From the NCBI GenBank assembly GCA_964016885.1, contig OZ024762.1, positions 28,768,001 to 28,832,000 on the forward strand: a stretch of 64,000 bases of DNA. The letters run 5' to 3'. Of the stretch, positions 22,517-35,800 are shown piece after piece (positions within the stretch are counted from its first letter, which is position 1; every line of letters starts with the position of its first letter). A program made the position numbers and the translations under genes. This DNA is from Eledone cirrhosa (lineage: Eukaryota). The notes under the pieces are model-generated. The model saw only the letters and a program-made list of their open reading frames with translations. It searched no databases and was not told where the DNA came from.

Positions 22517-22637
22517 ATGAGTTCAAATCCCGCCGAGGTTAACTTTACCTTTCATCCTTACGGGGTCGATAAAATAAAGTACCAGTAATGTACTGGGTAA
22601 TTGCTGGCCTTGTGGCAAAAAGTAGAAACAATTATTA
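22517..22637 (+). mobile_element. Short tRNA-SINE fragment (similar copy at 44146-44262)
   Basis: B-box gagttcaaatcc followed by tttcatccttacggggtcgataaaataaagtaccag and an (ATT) tail. Confidence 0.7.
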
Positions 22638-22908
22638 CTTTTATGATTTTAATAACCTCTGTCATTTTCGTTCAACTAATTGATTTACATTATTCTGAAC
22701 TCCGAAGCCGAGAATAATTCAGTTTCCTAAATAGTATATTAGTCTACGACTCCATTTATACCATAAACGTGGTTTTGTCTTTACGTGTAATTGTTGTCAC
22801 CTCTCCACATAACGACGTATTATCTTCGCTTTTTTCCGTTCATTGCCAGGGAACGTCATCACGAATCAAAGCCCAAATTATTTTCATATATATATATATA
22901 TATAAATA

Positions 22909-23184
22909 TAAAATACAATATGTTGAAAAGGTAAAACACTAGAGAGAGATAGTGCGCCATCAATAAAACAGGGAAAAACCACCAGTGTATGGAATCTATA
23001 ACCTATGAAAGGCAGGGTAGACACACGGTAATTAAAAATATAAATTAATTTATATTTTTAATTATCGTGTGTCTACCCTGCCTTTCATAGGTTATAGATT
23101 CCATACACTGGTGGTTTTTCCCTGTTTTATTGATGGCGCACTATCTCTCTCTAGTGTTTTACCTTTTCAACATATTGTATTTTA
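22909..23184. repeat. 276-bp spacer-less palindrome (138-bp arms, one mismatch)
   Basis: Axis between 23046 and 23047; the arms are reverse complements except ggtaatt vs aattatc. Confidence 0.95.
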
Positions 23185-23284
23185 AAGAGCTCAGGATTCC
23201 TTCTCCTTTGAACACATTATTGACAGGGAATAGCGAGAGTCTATGGCTCCGTTAATCTATCGTGATATATATATATATATATAG

Positions 23285-24037
23285 AAGAAATTAAAAGATG
23301 GTTAAAAAAGTTCCATATATTTTATTATGTGCATTTCGAAAACAACATCATCCTCGGACAAAAATTGTGTTCTCATCAGATAAAATAAGGTAACATGGTA
23401 TGAGGCCTAAAAACACTTGTCAACAAGAAAGTGTCCAGTCTACATATGACAGAAATATAAGAGAAGAGATAAAAAAATAGGAAAAATGAAGAAAAAGAAG
23501 GAAAAGGGAAAAATAAAGAAGGAGAGAGAGAGAGAGATCAGAACGCTGTCAAAAAAGGAAAACATGTAAATAACGGCTAAAACAATAAATTAATGAGGTG
23601 TATGTTGCTAATATTAAAAATATTAGAGGTGTAGAATATAGAAACTGGGTATATTATTTTATATTGAGTTTGAATAATAAAAATTGGATTAAGAAGTGTA
23701 AAAATGTATTAATAAAATAAAATAAGATAAAATTAAATTTAAAATAATTATAATAATTATAAAAAAAGGGTTTTTTAAATAAAATAAAATAGAATAAAAT
23801 AAAATAAAATAAAATAAAATAAGATAGAATAGAATAAAAAATAAAAATAAGAATAGTCTATGTCAAAATTAAAAATTACTATTAAAAATGTATATATGTG
23901 GGGTCTACTAATTAATAATTATTTTATAGCAACAAGAAAGGAAATTGCTAGAAAGGTTTATAAAGGTAGAAAGACATATGACGTCATAGTTTGTTTACAA
24001 AATCTACGAAGGTTTAAACGAAAAATTTAAGGCGATA
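23285..24037 (-). mobile_element. Penelope-like 3' terminal remnant related to 15095-16215
   Basis: Shares aaaagatggttaaaa..ttccat..tattttattatg and aaaaacacttgt with the end of the larger element; flanked by (TA)n. Confidence 0.75.
23318..23387 (-). ncRNA. Minimal type I hammerhead ribozyme, second copy
   Basis: TATTTTAT-CTGATGA-gaacacaat...gttgttttc-GAAA-TGCACA-TA-ATAAAATA. Confidence 0.75.
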
Positions 24038-24062
24038 TGTATATATATATATATATATATAT

Positions 24063-24392
24063 GAATAAAATGAGTCCTTCATCAGTGATCTTCCAGCCTT
24101 CATTGGTATTTCATCACTTTAAAGACCATATACCTCTGGTTGGTGCGAGCAACGGCTAAAGAAAGTCGTTGGGGCATGTAAATAGGGGAAATGAGCGAGA
24201 CAGTAAACAAACAAAGATGGTAATGCAACGAAAAGTGAGGAAGAAGGAGTCAAGTCCCTGAAATTGATGAACATAAGTTCTGTGAAATTGTAGACGAGAG
24301 AATAAAGACCATCCGACCTGGTCGAAATGTGAGCGAGGAAAGAATCTTGCACAGGTCAAACGGGAGGAAGTAGGAGAGGGAGTAGCAGAGAA
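24063..24392 (-). mobile_element. Probable Penelope-like terminal fragment between (TA)n tracts
   Basis: Ends in CTGATGAaggactc (the 5' half of a hammerhead core) and is bounded by TA microsatellites. Confidence 0.4.
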
Positions 24393-26248
24393 TATATATA
24401 TATATATACATATATCTCAAGGGCGGTGCCCTAGCATGGCTTCAACCAGATGGCTGGAACAGGTGCAAGGATAAAAGAATATAATATATATGTGTATATT
24501 CATATATTGTATTCATCCTCATCACAATTTAAACTCAAATTTACATGCTAGCATGGGTCAGACGACTTGTCCTGTTGTGTGAAAACCTAGATCAAATGAC
24601 CGTCTTTTGCTCATGCAAGAACCATTTCTGGTTGGTTTCTACGGCTGGATGCCCGTCCTAACTCTAACCACATTTACAGGGTAGACTTGGTATTTATTGT
24701 GTTGCTAACATGACCAACCTACTGGGTGGACTGGGTGCTTTTTGCTGTGTCATCATCATGACAACCACCAGCTAAGAGAGCAGACTTAGTGCTCTTTGTC
24801 ATGTCACCAATTTGACTACTTTGAAGGGTGGTTCGAGTGCCTTCAGTCTTGCCACTAGCATGACCACTTTACAGAGAGGGCTAGAGGCCTCCTGTCATGT
24901 CTACATCACAGGGTGGACTGGGTGCTTATTTGTCACATCACCAGCATGACTATCTTGCAGGGAGGGTTAGGTATTCTTTTGTCATATTACCTAACAGAGA
25001 GAACTCGGTGTTCTTTTGTCATGACACTTGCACGAACACCTTACAAGGTTGCCTGAGGGTTTAGCCATTTCAGCAGCATTGGAGGAGAGCATGTTAAGCT
25101 TTCCATACTTGTATACATGGGTTGGTCAAGAAAGGTGTATCAGATCTGAAAGTGGGGGTGGGAGTTGTGTGTATGTAGGGTGGGGATTGGCGAGGTAGGT
25201 CAGGGTGGTATACTTAGTAGGTAAGAGGGTGGAGCTTTAAGATGTAAAGAGGAGGAAAATTGGACCATACTTCAAACCTCTAAATGTTGTGTCAACCCGT
25301 GGACATGGGAATGCAGGTCTCCTGCAGTACTGTATAACGCCAGAGATTTCAATCCTGTATCATCACCTTTGAGAGGTACAATGGTGTCAGGTCAGTTTTT
25401 ACCTCCTCCTCTCAAGCTTTCCTAGGTCTTCCTCTTTCATCAATTTCAAGCAGTCAACCTTTTATACAGCATCTCTACCTTCATATACATCACATGTCCA
25501 TAACACAGCAATCTCCTCTCCTGCATACTGTATCTTATCCCTCTCACGCCCAGGTTCTCTCTCAGTTTATTAACATTTTGTTCTTCATGTATATTACTAT
25601 TACACATCCATTGGAGAATTGAAGCTTCATTTCTATCCAATCTTCCTCTGCACACACCGCCCACATCTCACTGCAATGCAGCATTGCTGTTCATATGCAA
25701 ACATCAATTTGATGAAACAACCTTTTGTAACTAGCAGTAGTAGTAGCACCCTAAACCTTTGCCATCTTGTTCTTACTCTGGTTACTGTACTTTCAGAACA
25801 CCTACCTCCACTGCTAATTTGGTCTCCCAGGTAACAGAAACGGTCAACAGCTTCTATGGAACCCTTTAAATATTTGATAGAGCTTGTCTCCTAAAAGCGA
25901 TTGTTTCTTACTGTTCCAGTGCAATGACCCCAGGTAAAACCTACAGTTCTTAGCTAACTTACCTTGTATCCCACTAAATCTCTTGTGTACCCATAGTCTC
26001 TTTAGAGTAAATAATGTTTCATACACATAACATGCATGTGTGACCATTGGTTTCCGAGTCCACTTATGGCCACCACTGTTTAATGGGGGAGGCACTTCCA
26101 AACAGACCCGTTGTTGGGCATGCCGACAAATATATTAAAAGGAAGTTTTTCTTCCAACAATTTTTACCTCAAACAGAGGAGTTTCATATTGTCAAAAAGG
26201 GACGTAAATCTTTAGTCATGGAATTGTAAGTTTTAATTATATATGTAA

Positions 26249-27044
26249 CTAGCAGAGGTACCTGGCGTATCTCGGGCATTAAATAGCTGTCATGTATAGC
26301 AATCATGTCAATACTTCAGTGCTGCTTCGAAAACTATACTTGTACACAATCGTCTTTTTCCAAAAGGGGGTTCCTGCCCCAGGAGTCCCCTACTCAATAT
26401 GACCCAATTCATCTGTAGAACATACGTAGCCCATGTGTCAAGTTTGGTAAAAATCGGTTGCGAACTCCAGAAGTTATGACGTTTTGTTGCATTGTACTGC
26501 AGTGCTTCAGACAACTCCAAGGAAGTGGTTAAAGGGGGTTATCTGCCCCTGGGGGGCCCTATAATCAATATCTGGAAAAATGAAAGTGCCAATGACCATC
26601 CGAAATACATAAGTAACCTATGTCTTAAATACAACACTGCTTGTAGTTTTCTAAACTCTTGCAGTAGCTTTACATTCAGCATCTTGCGATCATCTAATTG
26701 CAGCCTCCACTGATGATTCCTTTGCTCACTCTCAGCTTTCGCTGTTTTTCGACTAATGGTGGATCTCTTCCTTGGAGGCCTTATCTAAGGAAAGAGGATG
26801 TAACACACTAAGATGAGTAAAATGTTAACCAACAATTATTTAAGTTTTGCACATGTGACGTGATTGTCACGGTGATCCAGTATAGCCTTCGTCCACCTAG
26901 GAGCCACATTAGAGAAAAAAATGGAAAATTTTATGAGTCCACAACATTTCGGGGAACATAGCCCATGTTTGTTCCAAATTTGAAGAAAATCGGTTGCAAA
27001 CTGTAGAAGTAATGTAGGTACGGACATACACACACACATCCTCA

Positions 27045-27089
<45 letters not shown>

Positions 27090-27660
27090 ATGTTTGTGTG
27101 TGTGTATGTGGACATTGTAACTTCCCCAGACATACACAACACAACAAACACAGTCACAGTACGTCTTGTGTGAAAAAGAGAGAAAGAGACGTAAGGTTGA
27201 GGAAGGGGGAGAGTTAAACAGTTTGTAAAGAATAAATAAAAGTAAAAGTTATCGAACGCCATCATTTTCTCCCCTCCCCAATCCCCCCACTCTCTTTCTC
27301 TACAGAATGGAGAACAATCAAGAACGCACATTGTCGTCTGCTTTGGTTGAAATTTCTATATGTATATTTCTAGTAAGTTGTTGCCTCATTTTGGAGGACT
27401 GAGTTGTGGGAGGAGGAAGGGGAGTAATGGGAGGGAGGGTTTAACATACAGTAGTAGTATCTCCTCTTTCCTCCTCCATTGTAAAGATGTCCACAGGGGT
27501 TCCATTATTGATTTTTATTGAAATCTAATTAGCCAGTCCTGTTTCTGAATATTAGCTTAACATGTGTGTAAAGTTTCATCAGGATCTAATCACTGGTGTA
27601 GGCGCCAACTGGTTATACATAGATACACAGACAGACAGAAATTGCCATTTATATAGTAGA
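26249..27660 (-). mobile_element. Non-autonomous Helitron, present only in copy B
   Basis: Minus strand A|TCTACTATATAAA ... cccgagatacgccagg (decayed hairpin) ... CTAG|T, with no TSD. Empty site near 1700 in copy A. Confidence 0.85.
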
Positions 27661-29015
27661 TTATACACACATAGAAGTGGTTGATAGCTTTTACAATCTA
27701 GGTGACTTAAAGATGAATAGCTAGAATAAGGATAGGATGGAAAAAGTTTAGAGAGCTACTGCAACAGTTGACCACAAAAGGTTTCTCTCTCTGTACAAAA
27801 GGACGACTGTATGACACATGTGGTTGATGTACAATGATATATGGTAACTAAACAAGGGCTGTGATTGCAGAGGATATGTAGACTGGAGAGAAATGAAACA
27901 ACCATGCTTTGTAGGTTATGTTATGTAAGTGTGAGAGAAAGGCAGAATTTGGACAAGTTCAAGAAGAGCTGGGTTTAAGAGTGACCTGAAGTGGTGTGTA
28001 AGAGAGAAGATTGTGTTTGTATGGACATGGGATGCCCATGAATAATGACCACTGGGTGAAGAAGTGCCAGGAAATCCCAGTAGAAGGAAGCCATAGTAGA
28101 GGTAGACTAAGAATAACCTGGACAGAGGCTGTGTGAACTGACTTCAAATAACTGACTCTCACAGAGGAGATGACAAAGGAACACGACGTGTTGAAAGATG
28201 CTATGTTGAGAAGGACCTGTCCAACCAAGCAAGCATGGAAAACAGACATAAAAACAATGATGTTGATGAAGATGACGTACATATACACACATACATAATC
28301 AAATAAATCAAACACAGATATTCACATACGTATATACAAACATAGATACAAACATATACATGGACACAAATTTCTACACACATACATTCACATATATATA
28401 GCGTATGTAAATTCTGAACAATACAGTTTTGTCAGCAAAACTCTTGGTTACAACTTCTACAAATAAAATGAAAGGAGAAGAATTTCTTAGTAAAACAGTT
28501 TTATTCAAAATATTAACAACATTGGGGGCACTATTTTGGGTGAGTGATATGGTTTTTATCTTGTCTAATTGTGTTGCATTAAGTAATCTTTAGAAGAGAA
28601 CGATTTATCACAGACATCTCAGTGATATGGTTCCTCTCCTGTATGTAGATGTTAGTGTGTAGTGAAGTCACAAAATTTAGAGAAGCATTTACCACAGACA
28701 TCATAGTGATATGGTTCCTCTCCTGTATGTGTTAGTGTGTAGTGAAGTCATAACATTTAAAAAATGATTTACCAGACATCACAGTGATATGGTTCCTCTC
28801 CTGTATGTGTTAGTGTCTAGTGAAGCCACAACATTTAGAGAAAGATTTACCAAATATATAAAAGTGATATGGCTTCCCAGCTGTATGTATATGTTTGTGT
28901 GTAGTTAATGTAACATTCAAAGAGAATGATTTCTCTCAGATGTCACAATGATATGCATTTGTATTCTCATTAATTCACAAATTTGAGGGAATGATTTATC
29001 ACTGATGTCAATGCG

Positions 29016-29861
29016 TTATGATTTCTCTTCTGCATGTATAAGTTTGTGAGTAGTTAGGCTACTTTTCCCAGAGAAAGATATACCACAGATATCACAATGG
29101 TATGGCTTGTCTCCTGTATGTGTACGTTTGTGTCTAGTTAAGTGACTACTTACAGAGAATGATCTACCACAGGCATCACAGTGATATAGTTTCTCACCTG
29201 TATGGGTACGTATGTGAGAAGTTAAGGTACTACAATTAGAGAATGATTTACTACAGATATCACACTGATATGGCTTGTCTCCTGTATGTATACGTTTGTG
29301 ATCAGTTAAGTGACTACTATCAGAGAATGATTTGCCACAGATATCACAGTGGTATGGCTTGTCTCCTGTATGTATACGTTTGTGCTTAATTAAGGTACTA
29401 CTTACAGAGAATGATTTGTCACAGATATCACAGTGATATGGCTTGTCTCCTGTATGTATACGTTTGTGATCAGTTAAGTGACTACTGAGAGAGAATGATT
29501 TACAACAGATATCGCAGTGATATGGCTTATCTCCTGTATGGGTACGTATGTGAGAAGTTAAGTTACTACTTCGAGAGAATGATTTACCACAGATATTGCA
29601 GTGATATGGCTTATCTCCGGTATGGGTACGTATGTGACTATTTAAGTTACTACTTCGAGAAAACGATTTACCACAGATATCGCACTGATATGGTTTCTCA
29701 CCTGTATGGGTACGTATGTGAGAAGTTAAGGCACTACTATCAAAGAATGATTTACCACAGATATCACAGTAATATGGCTTCTCTTCTCTAACCTTCGTCA
29801 TCTCACCAGGAATACTAAACACTTTAGATTGTGTTTCGCATTCAATCAATTTATTTTCCAT
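29016..29861 (-). CDS. Tandem C2H2 zinc-finger protein, 9 fingers (ZNF-B, paralogue of ZNF-A)
   Basis: 281-aa ORF with the same N-terminal leader ([22 protein letters not shown]) and [14 protein letters not shown] repeats. Confidence 0.95.
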   Translation of the reverse strand: MENKLIECETQSKVFSIPGEMTKVREEKPYYCDICGKSFFDSSALTSHIRTHTGEKPYQCDICGKSFSRSSNLNSHIRTHTGDKPYHCNICGKSFSRSSNLTSHIRTHTGDKPYHCDICCKSFSLSSHLTDHKRIHTGDKPYHCDICDKSFSVSSTLIKHKRIHTGDKPYHCDICGKSFSDSSHLTDHKRIHTGDKPYQCDICSKSFSNCSTLTSHIRTHTGEKLYHCDACGRSFSVSSHLTRHKRTHTGDKPYHCDICGISFSGKSSLTTHKLIHAEEKS

Positions 29862-32800
29862 AATTATTCCTTCTTCAACAGAATATACAGATGTTTTCCT
29901 TGTAATATTTTTTATATTATATTTCTTATAAAATATTTCTTCTTCTATATTTCACTCAACTATATTTCAGTTGATATCTGCAGATAATACAAACTTCTTT
30001 TTCCTCCAAGTTTAGTTAAAATACAAAACCATCTTATTATGAAGAAAATAAACTCAGTTTTGAGGAAAGATTTCACAGGAATACGAAGAGAGATTTATGT
30101 AAACAGTGTTATATAAGTTCTGTTAAGAAAGTTTAGTCTTCAAATGATGATAAATAGAGGTGATGTATCCAAGATTGAAAATAATAATTTATCCCACTGT
30201 CATCTGATATTCTGAAATAAGAAAGAAACAGTATGAGATAATACAGAATACTTTAGAAGCAGAGATAGATTTAACATTTGAAATTTTATATTTCTATATT
30301 GGTAAACTGTAGATATCAACTTTCCTCTTCAGAGCAATTCTCTCCAATGTAAGTAGTGGTATTCCAGCATGCTCTATAAATTATATCCTTCTATCTCTTC
30401 AGAGGTCTGCTCTATGGCAGTTTAGCAAAAAATTTATTCTTATAGGACTTATAAGAAAGAAACAGTATGAGATAATAGAAAATACTTAAAATACAGAGAT
30501 AGATTTAACAGCGTAAATATTACACATTTACCAGCGTCGAAGACCTTACTTTTTCCCTAATATAAGTCTCAAAAATCTACCATACGTCCTGGAGGCCGAA
30601 GGTTGTTTATTTTTTTTTTTCAAAAATTCTGACGGCTTCGGCGCCGGTAAATACGGTACATTGGTAAACTGTAGAAATATACCTGTGATGTTTATTTATA
30701 TAAACCAAGGCTATATATATGTCAAACTACAGCTGCACCATGACTATAGCGGTGTCATCTAGTACAGGGCCCCAAAACTGTGGTAACCTTGTGAGATGGG
30801 TTTGGCTCAGCCGACTGGCTACCCTCCCCATAGTGGCGCAGCCAACTGGCCAGCCCTTCTCGTAACTGTACCATCCAGTACCAGTCCCCATAACTATGGT
30901 AACCTCATGAAAAGGGTTTGGCCCATCTGGCTGGCCACCCCTTCTCATAATGGTGCCATCCAGTACCAGGCCCCAAAATTATAGTTCCACTGTGAGATGG
31001 GTTCAGTGCAGCCAACTGGCCTGTCCCCCCTCATAACAGAGCCATCCAGTTCCACACTGTAAACATGGTTGGTGTTAGGAAATGAATCCAGCTGTAAAAT
31101 ACCCGACCAAATTTACAGACCTTGCCTGAGCAAGGTGTGACACATGGCCAACCTTGCCTCCTGGCGTGGATGACCCGTCTAACCCATGCAAGAATGGAAA
31201 AATGGATGTTAAATAGTGATGACACAGACATATATATATATATATCCCACCCACACTGGTCATGTAAAAGACACCGCAAAGAGCACCCAGCCCACACTGT
31301 AAAGTGGACATGTAGGTGTCTTAGGCACCCAGTCCACACTGTCAATGTGGTTGGCGTTAGGAAGGGCATCCAGCCATAGAAATCTAGCCAGAAACACCCC
31401 TATATGAGTGAGACACGGTCACCTGACTCGACTTGCTTCTAAATGGGACCCGTCTAACCCATGCTAGTGTGAAAGATGGACGTTAATTGATGATGATGAT
31501 ATATAATAAAATGTTGTAGTTTGTTTGAAGCATTCTATATAATATATAACGTTGAAAGAGATAGAAAGCTAAACAATGCAAAATGGACTGTAAGATGAGG
31601 TAAGGAAAAGTAAAAGTTACCTGGTAATTTAATTTTTTTTTTTTTGTTGTTGTTCTTTCAGGTGTCCAATATTTTGGGACTTAAAAGTCCTTTCTTCAGG
31701 GTTTAACCCTCTAGCATTTATATTACTCTATATATACTATTATATTTGCATGGTAAAGTCTTTACCTCACATACCATTCATATTACTATATATACACTAT
31801 TATATTTTCACATAACATCGAATCTATGAGATTTTGATATTATTTATATTGCGAACAATACCTTAATATCAGTAAGAGTGTCCAGTTACGGCTGGTTTGA
31901 ACAGAAAAAGGGGACAGAATTCTGGCCGGTTTAAATGTTAAAGAGTTAAACAACTTTCAGTGGATTACGTTCCAATTTCCTCTTTTCAGGATTAAATTTT
32001 GATTTTGATGAAAATCTTTTCTAAGTCGTTTTCAAGCATTTTATAAAATTGATGGAAGCTGTGAAGTAGGGAGACCTAGGATGAGGTGATAAAAGCTGAC
32101 CTGACACAATTGATGGAAGCTGTGAAGTAGGAAGATCTGGGATGAGGTGAAAAATCTGACCTCACACGATTGCACTTCTCAAAGACAATGACACAGGATC
32201 GAGATCTTTGGTGTTATACAGTAATATAGAAGACCAGCTTTCCCTAGCATTGGTATCAATGACTCCAACATGGACATCAATACACATCTCTATATACACA
32301 CATAACATATCAAAGACCCCCGTTGGTCACGAATGACCATGTGATTGGCAACTAGAAAGTTCTCCTCTGAGGCACAAGTCTGGCCAAGGTTGTTTGAGGA
32401 AGACCAGCAGTCACCCATGTGTATCAGTCTACCCTCTCTATGCCAGCGATGTTGTCGAGGGAAAGGTAATGGCTGATACAGCTTGACACCAGTGACATCA
32501 CAACATATATATACACTATATATATATACTCTATGTAGAGTATATATATATATATTATATATACTCTATGTACAGTATATATACACTATATATATTATAT
32601 ATACACTGTGTACAATATATATTATACGCTATATATGTTGTCCAAGGGAAAGGCAATGGCTGACACATCTTGACACCAGTGACATCTCAACATATATATA
32701 TAACTTATATCCCAGACATCCATAGATTATTTCTATTCTACAGCTATCTCTCTTCCCCAATTTCAAAATGTTCTGTTTACATTATTATTATTATCATTCA

Positions 32801-35800
32801 CTTGTTTCCCCAACGTATATACTTCGACCTTGTTTTTGATATAAACCAGGTTGGACATTGTGTCTTTCTCTACAAACTCATCCCTAAGCCCTGCCATTAC
32901 CTCCATTTTCTCTCACTCATTCATTTCGGTGTTTACGAAGCTAGGTGACCATCTTCAAAATTCTTGCATATTTGCCTTGTCTAATATGCCTACTTATATC
33001 TGCTTATTTCCCCCGAATCTCCTGTGATGATATATGTCAAGATGGCTACCTATCTCACAATTCCCCACTCACCACCATAGACTATTTGACTAATCAAACA
33101 TCAGCAACATGTCTTTACCCATTACCAGCCCCAACAAACTGTCATTACTACTACTGCCCTTCTAGCCTTTACCAGCCCCAACAAACTCTGCCATTACTAC
33201 TATTGTCCTTCTAGCCCTTACCAGCCCCAACAAACTCTGCCATTACTACTATTGTCCTTCTAGCCCTTACCAGCCCCAACAAACTCTGCCATTACTACTA
33301 CTGTCCTTCTAGCCCTTACTAGCCCCAACAAACTCTGCCATTACTACTACTGTCCTTCTAGCCCTTACTAGCCCCAACAAACTCTGCCATTACTACTACT
33401 GTCCTTCTAGCCCTTACCAGCCCCAACAAACTCTGCCATTACTAGTACTGTCCTTCTAGCCCTTACCAGCCCCAATAAACTCTGCCATTACTACTACTGT
33501 CCTTCTAGCCCTGCACTAAAGAATTCTTGTTTACTGTTATGTATAGAGGAGCGAAGGATAAATGGAACAACCCTGAATAAATAAATGAATATGAATCCGC
33601 GAGTTACCAAGCACCCATGCAAAGCTTTAATTCAGAGACAGGAAGCATACACACTCCCATGCAAAAATTCACCCTCTCACGCAAATGATGGCAAATGTCC
33701 AAAATTCTGAGTTGGCAGCGTCAACATAAGCACAATGAAAGGAAGGGAAAGAGAAATTATAGACATGCTAGAGTGAAAGGATATTGACGTATGCTGTGTG
33801 CAAGAGACTAGGTGGAGAGGAGAGTCCGCTAGAGTCCTTGTAGGCAAAAGTCAGTGCTATAAATTTTTCTGGGTGGGAAATGACAACGAGATGGGTGCTG
33901 TAGGTATAATATTAGCTGAGAAATGGATAGATAAGGTAATAACCACACATATTGTTAACCAGGTAATACTAGAGGGTGTCATACCCAAGGATTGGTGCAG
34001 CAGCATCATCGTCAACTGGTACAAGGGTAAAGGAGATGCACTAGATAGAGGAAACTATAGAGGTATAAAGCTGATGGACCAGGTCATGAAAGTAATGGAA
34101 AGAGTCATAGCACAGTTGATCAGGGACTGGGTAAAACTAGGTGAGATGCAGTTTGGGCTTGTGCCAGGAAAAAGAACCACTGATGTCCTCTTCCTTGTGA
34201 GGCAGTTACAGGAAAAGTTCCTAGTTAAAAGTAAGCCGCTCTACCTGGCTTTTATCGATATGGAAAAAGTCTTCAACAGAGTGCTCCGTGCTATAATCTG
34301 GTGGGCTCTTAGAAAACTAGGAGTAGATGAACGGCTTGTGAAAGCTGTACAAGCCATGTATAGGGGAGCATTCAGTAAAGTAAGGCTTAACAATTACTAT
34401 AGCGAGGAATTTAGCATACAGGTCGGTGTCCACCAGGGCTCTGTTCTTAGCACTCTCCTGTTTATTATAGTATTGCAGGCTATAACAGAAGAGTTTAAGA
34501 CCGGATGCCCATAGGAACTCCTATATGTGGATGATCTTACACTTATAGCTGAATCTATGGCAGAACTAAAGAAACAAGTACCACCAAACTCTGGGAGAAA
34601 TCTGTAGAAACAATAGACAGCTTTTGCTACCTAGGTGACCAAATGAGCAGCGGAGGTGGGGGTTCAGAAAGTAGAGTAACCAGGGTAACAACGGGATTGA
34701 AGAAGTTCAGGGAGCTACTGCCACTGCTAGCTACAAAAGGCTTTTCCCTCAAAATGAAAGGCAGACAGTATGATGCGTGTATACGAACAGCAATGTTACA
34801 TGGTAGAGACCTGGGCACTGTCTGTAGAAGACTTGCATAGATTAGAAAGAAACGAAGCTTGCATGCTCCGATGGATGTGTAATAGTAATATACGCGAAGA
34901 GTAAAGCATATATGAATTGAGAGAGAGACTGAGCATAAGATGAATCAAATGCTGTGTGCAGCAGAGGAGGTTGTGTTGTACCCCCCGGATACAAGCCGAA
35001 GCTGAAGCACATAGACAATATGCCCCCACCCCCTCCCACTGTAAAGTGGCCGTGGAGGTGTCACGACAAAAAGCACCTATCACTCACTGTGAGGTTGGTG
35101 TTAGGAAGGGCATCCAGCTGTAGAAAGCAAGTCAAAATCAGTTCCCATCTGAGCAAGACAAGGTCACCCTACCTGGCACTGCCCACAACAGGACAACCTG
35201 TCTAACCCATACTACCGTGGAAGGAACGTAAAACAGTGATGATGATATACATATATATAGACTGTGTACAGTATATATACACTATATACAGTATATATTA
35301 TACACTATATATGATGTCCAAGAGAAAAGCAATGGCCGATACAGCTTGGCACCAGTGACGTCACAATGTATATATATACTATATATATACACTATGTATA
35401 TATTATATATATACTATGTATATATATATACACTATGTATATATTATATATACACTGTGTACAGTATATATATGTCCAAGAGAAAGGCTATGGCACTAGT
35501 GACATCACAACTCATTTCTACAGCTGAGTAAACTGGAGCAACGTGAAATAAAGTGTCTTGCTCAAGGACACAACACAACACCCTGTCCGAGAATCGAACT
35601 CACAACCTTTATATTGCAAGCCCAATGCTCTACCCACTAAGCCATGATACGTTCCAGAAACAACCATGTTACAGAGAGACCAATTTATGAAGGGTTTGTA
35701 GTATATTAGAGAAAAACGCAATCAGTAAAACAGTAATGGATAGAAACATTTATTCATAATTAAAGCCTTAAGATGTCCCTTCCTTACGATATACATTTTA

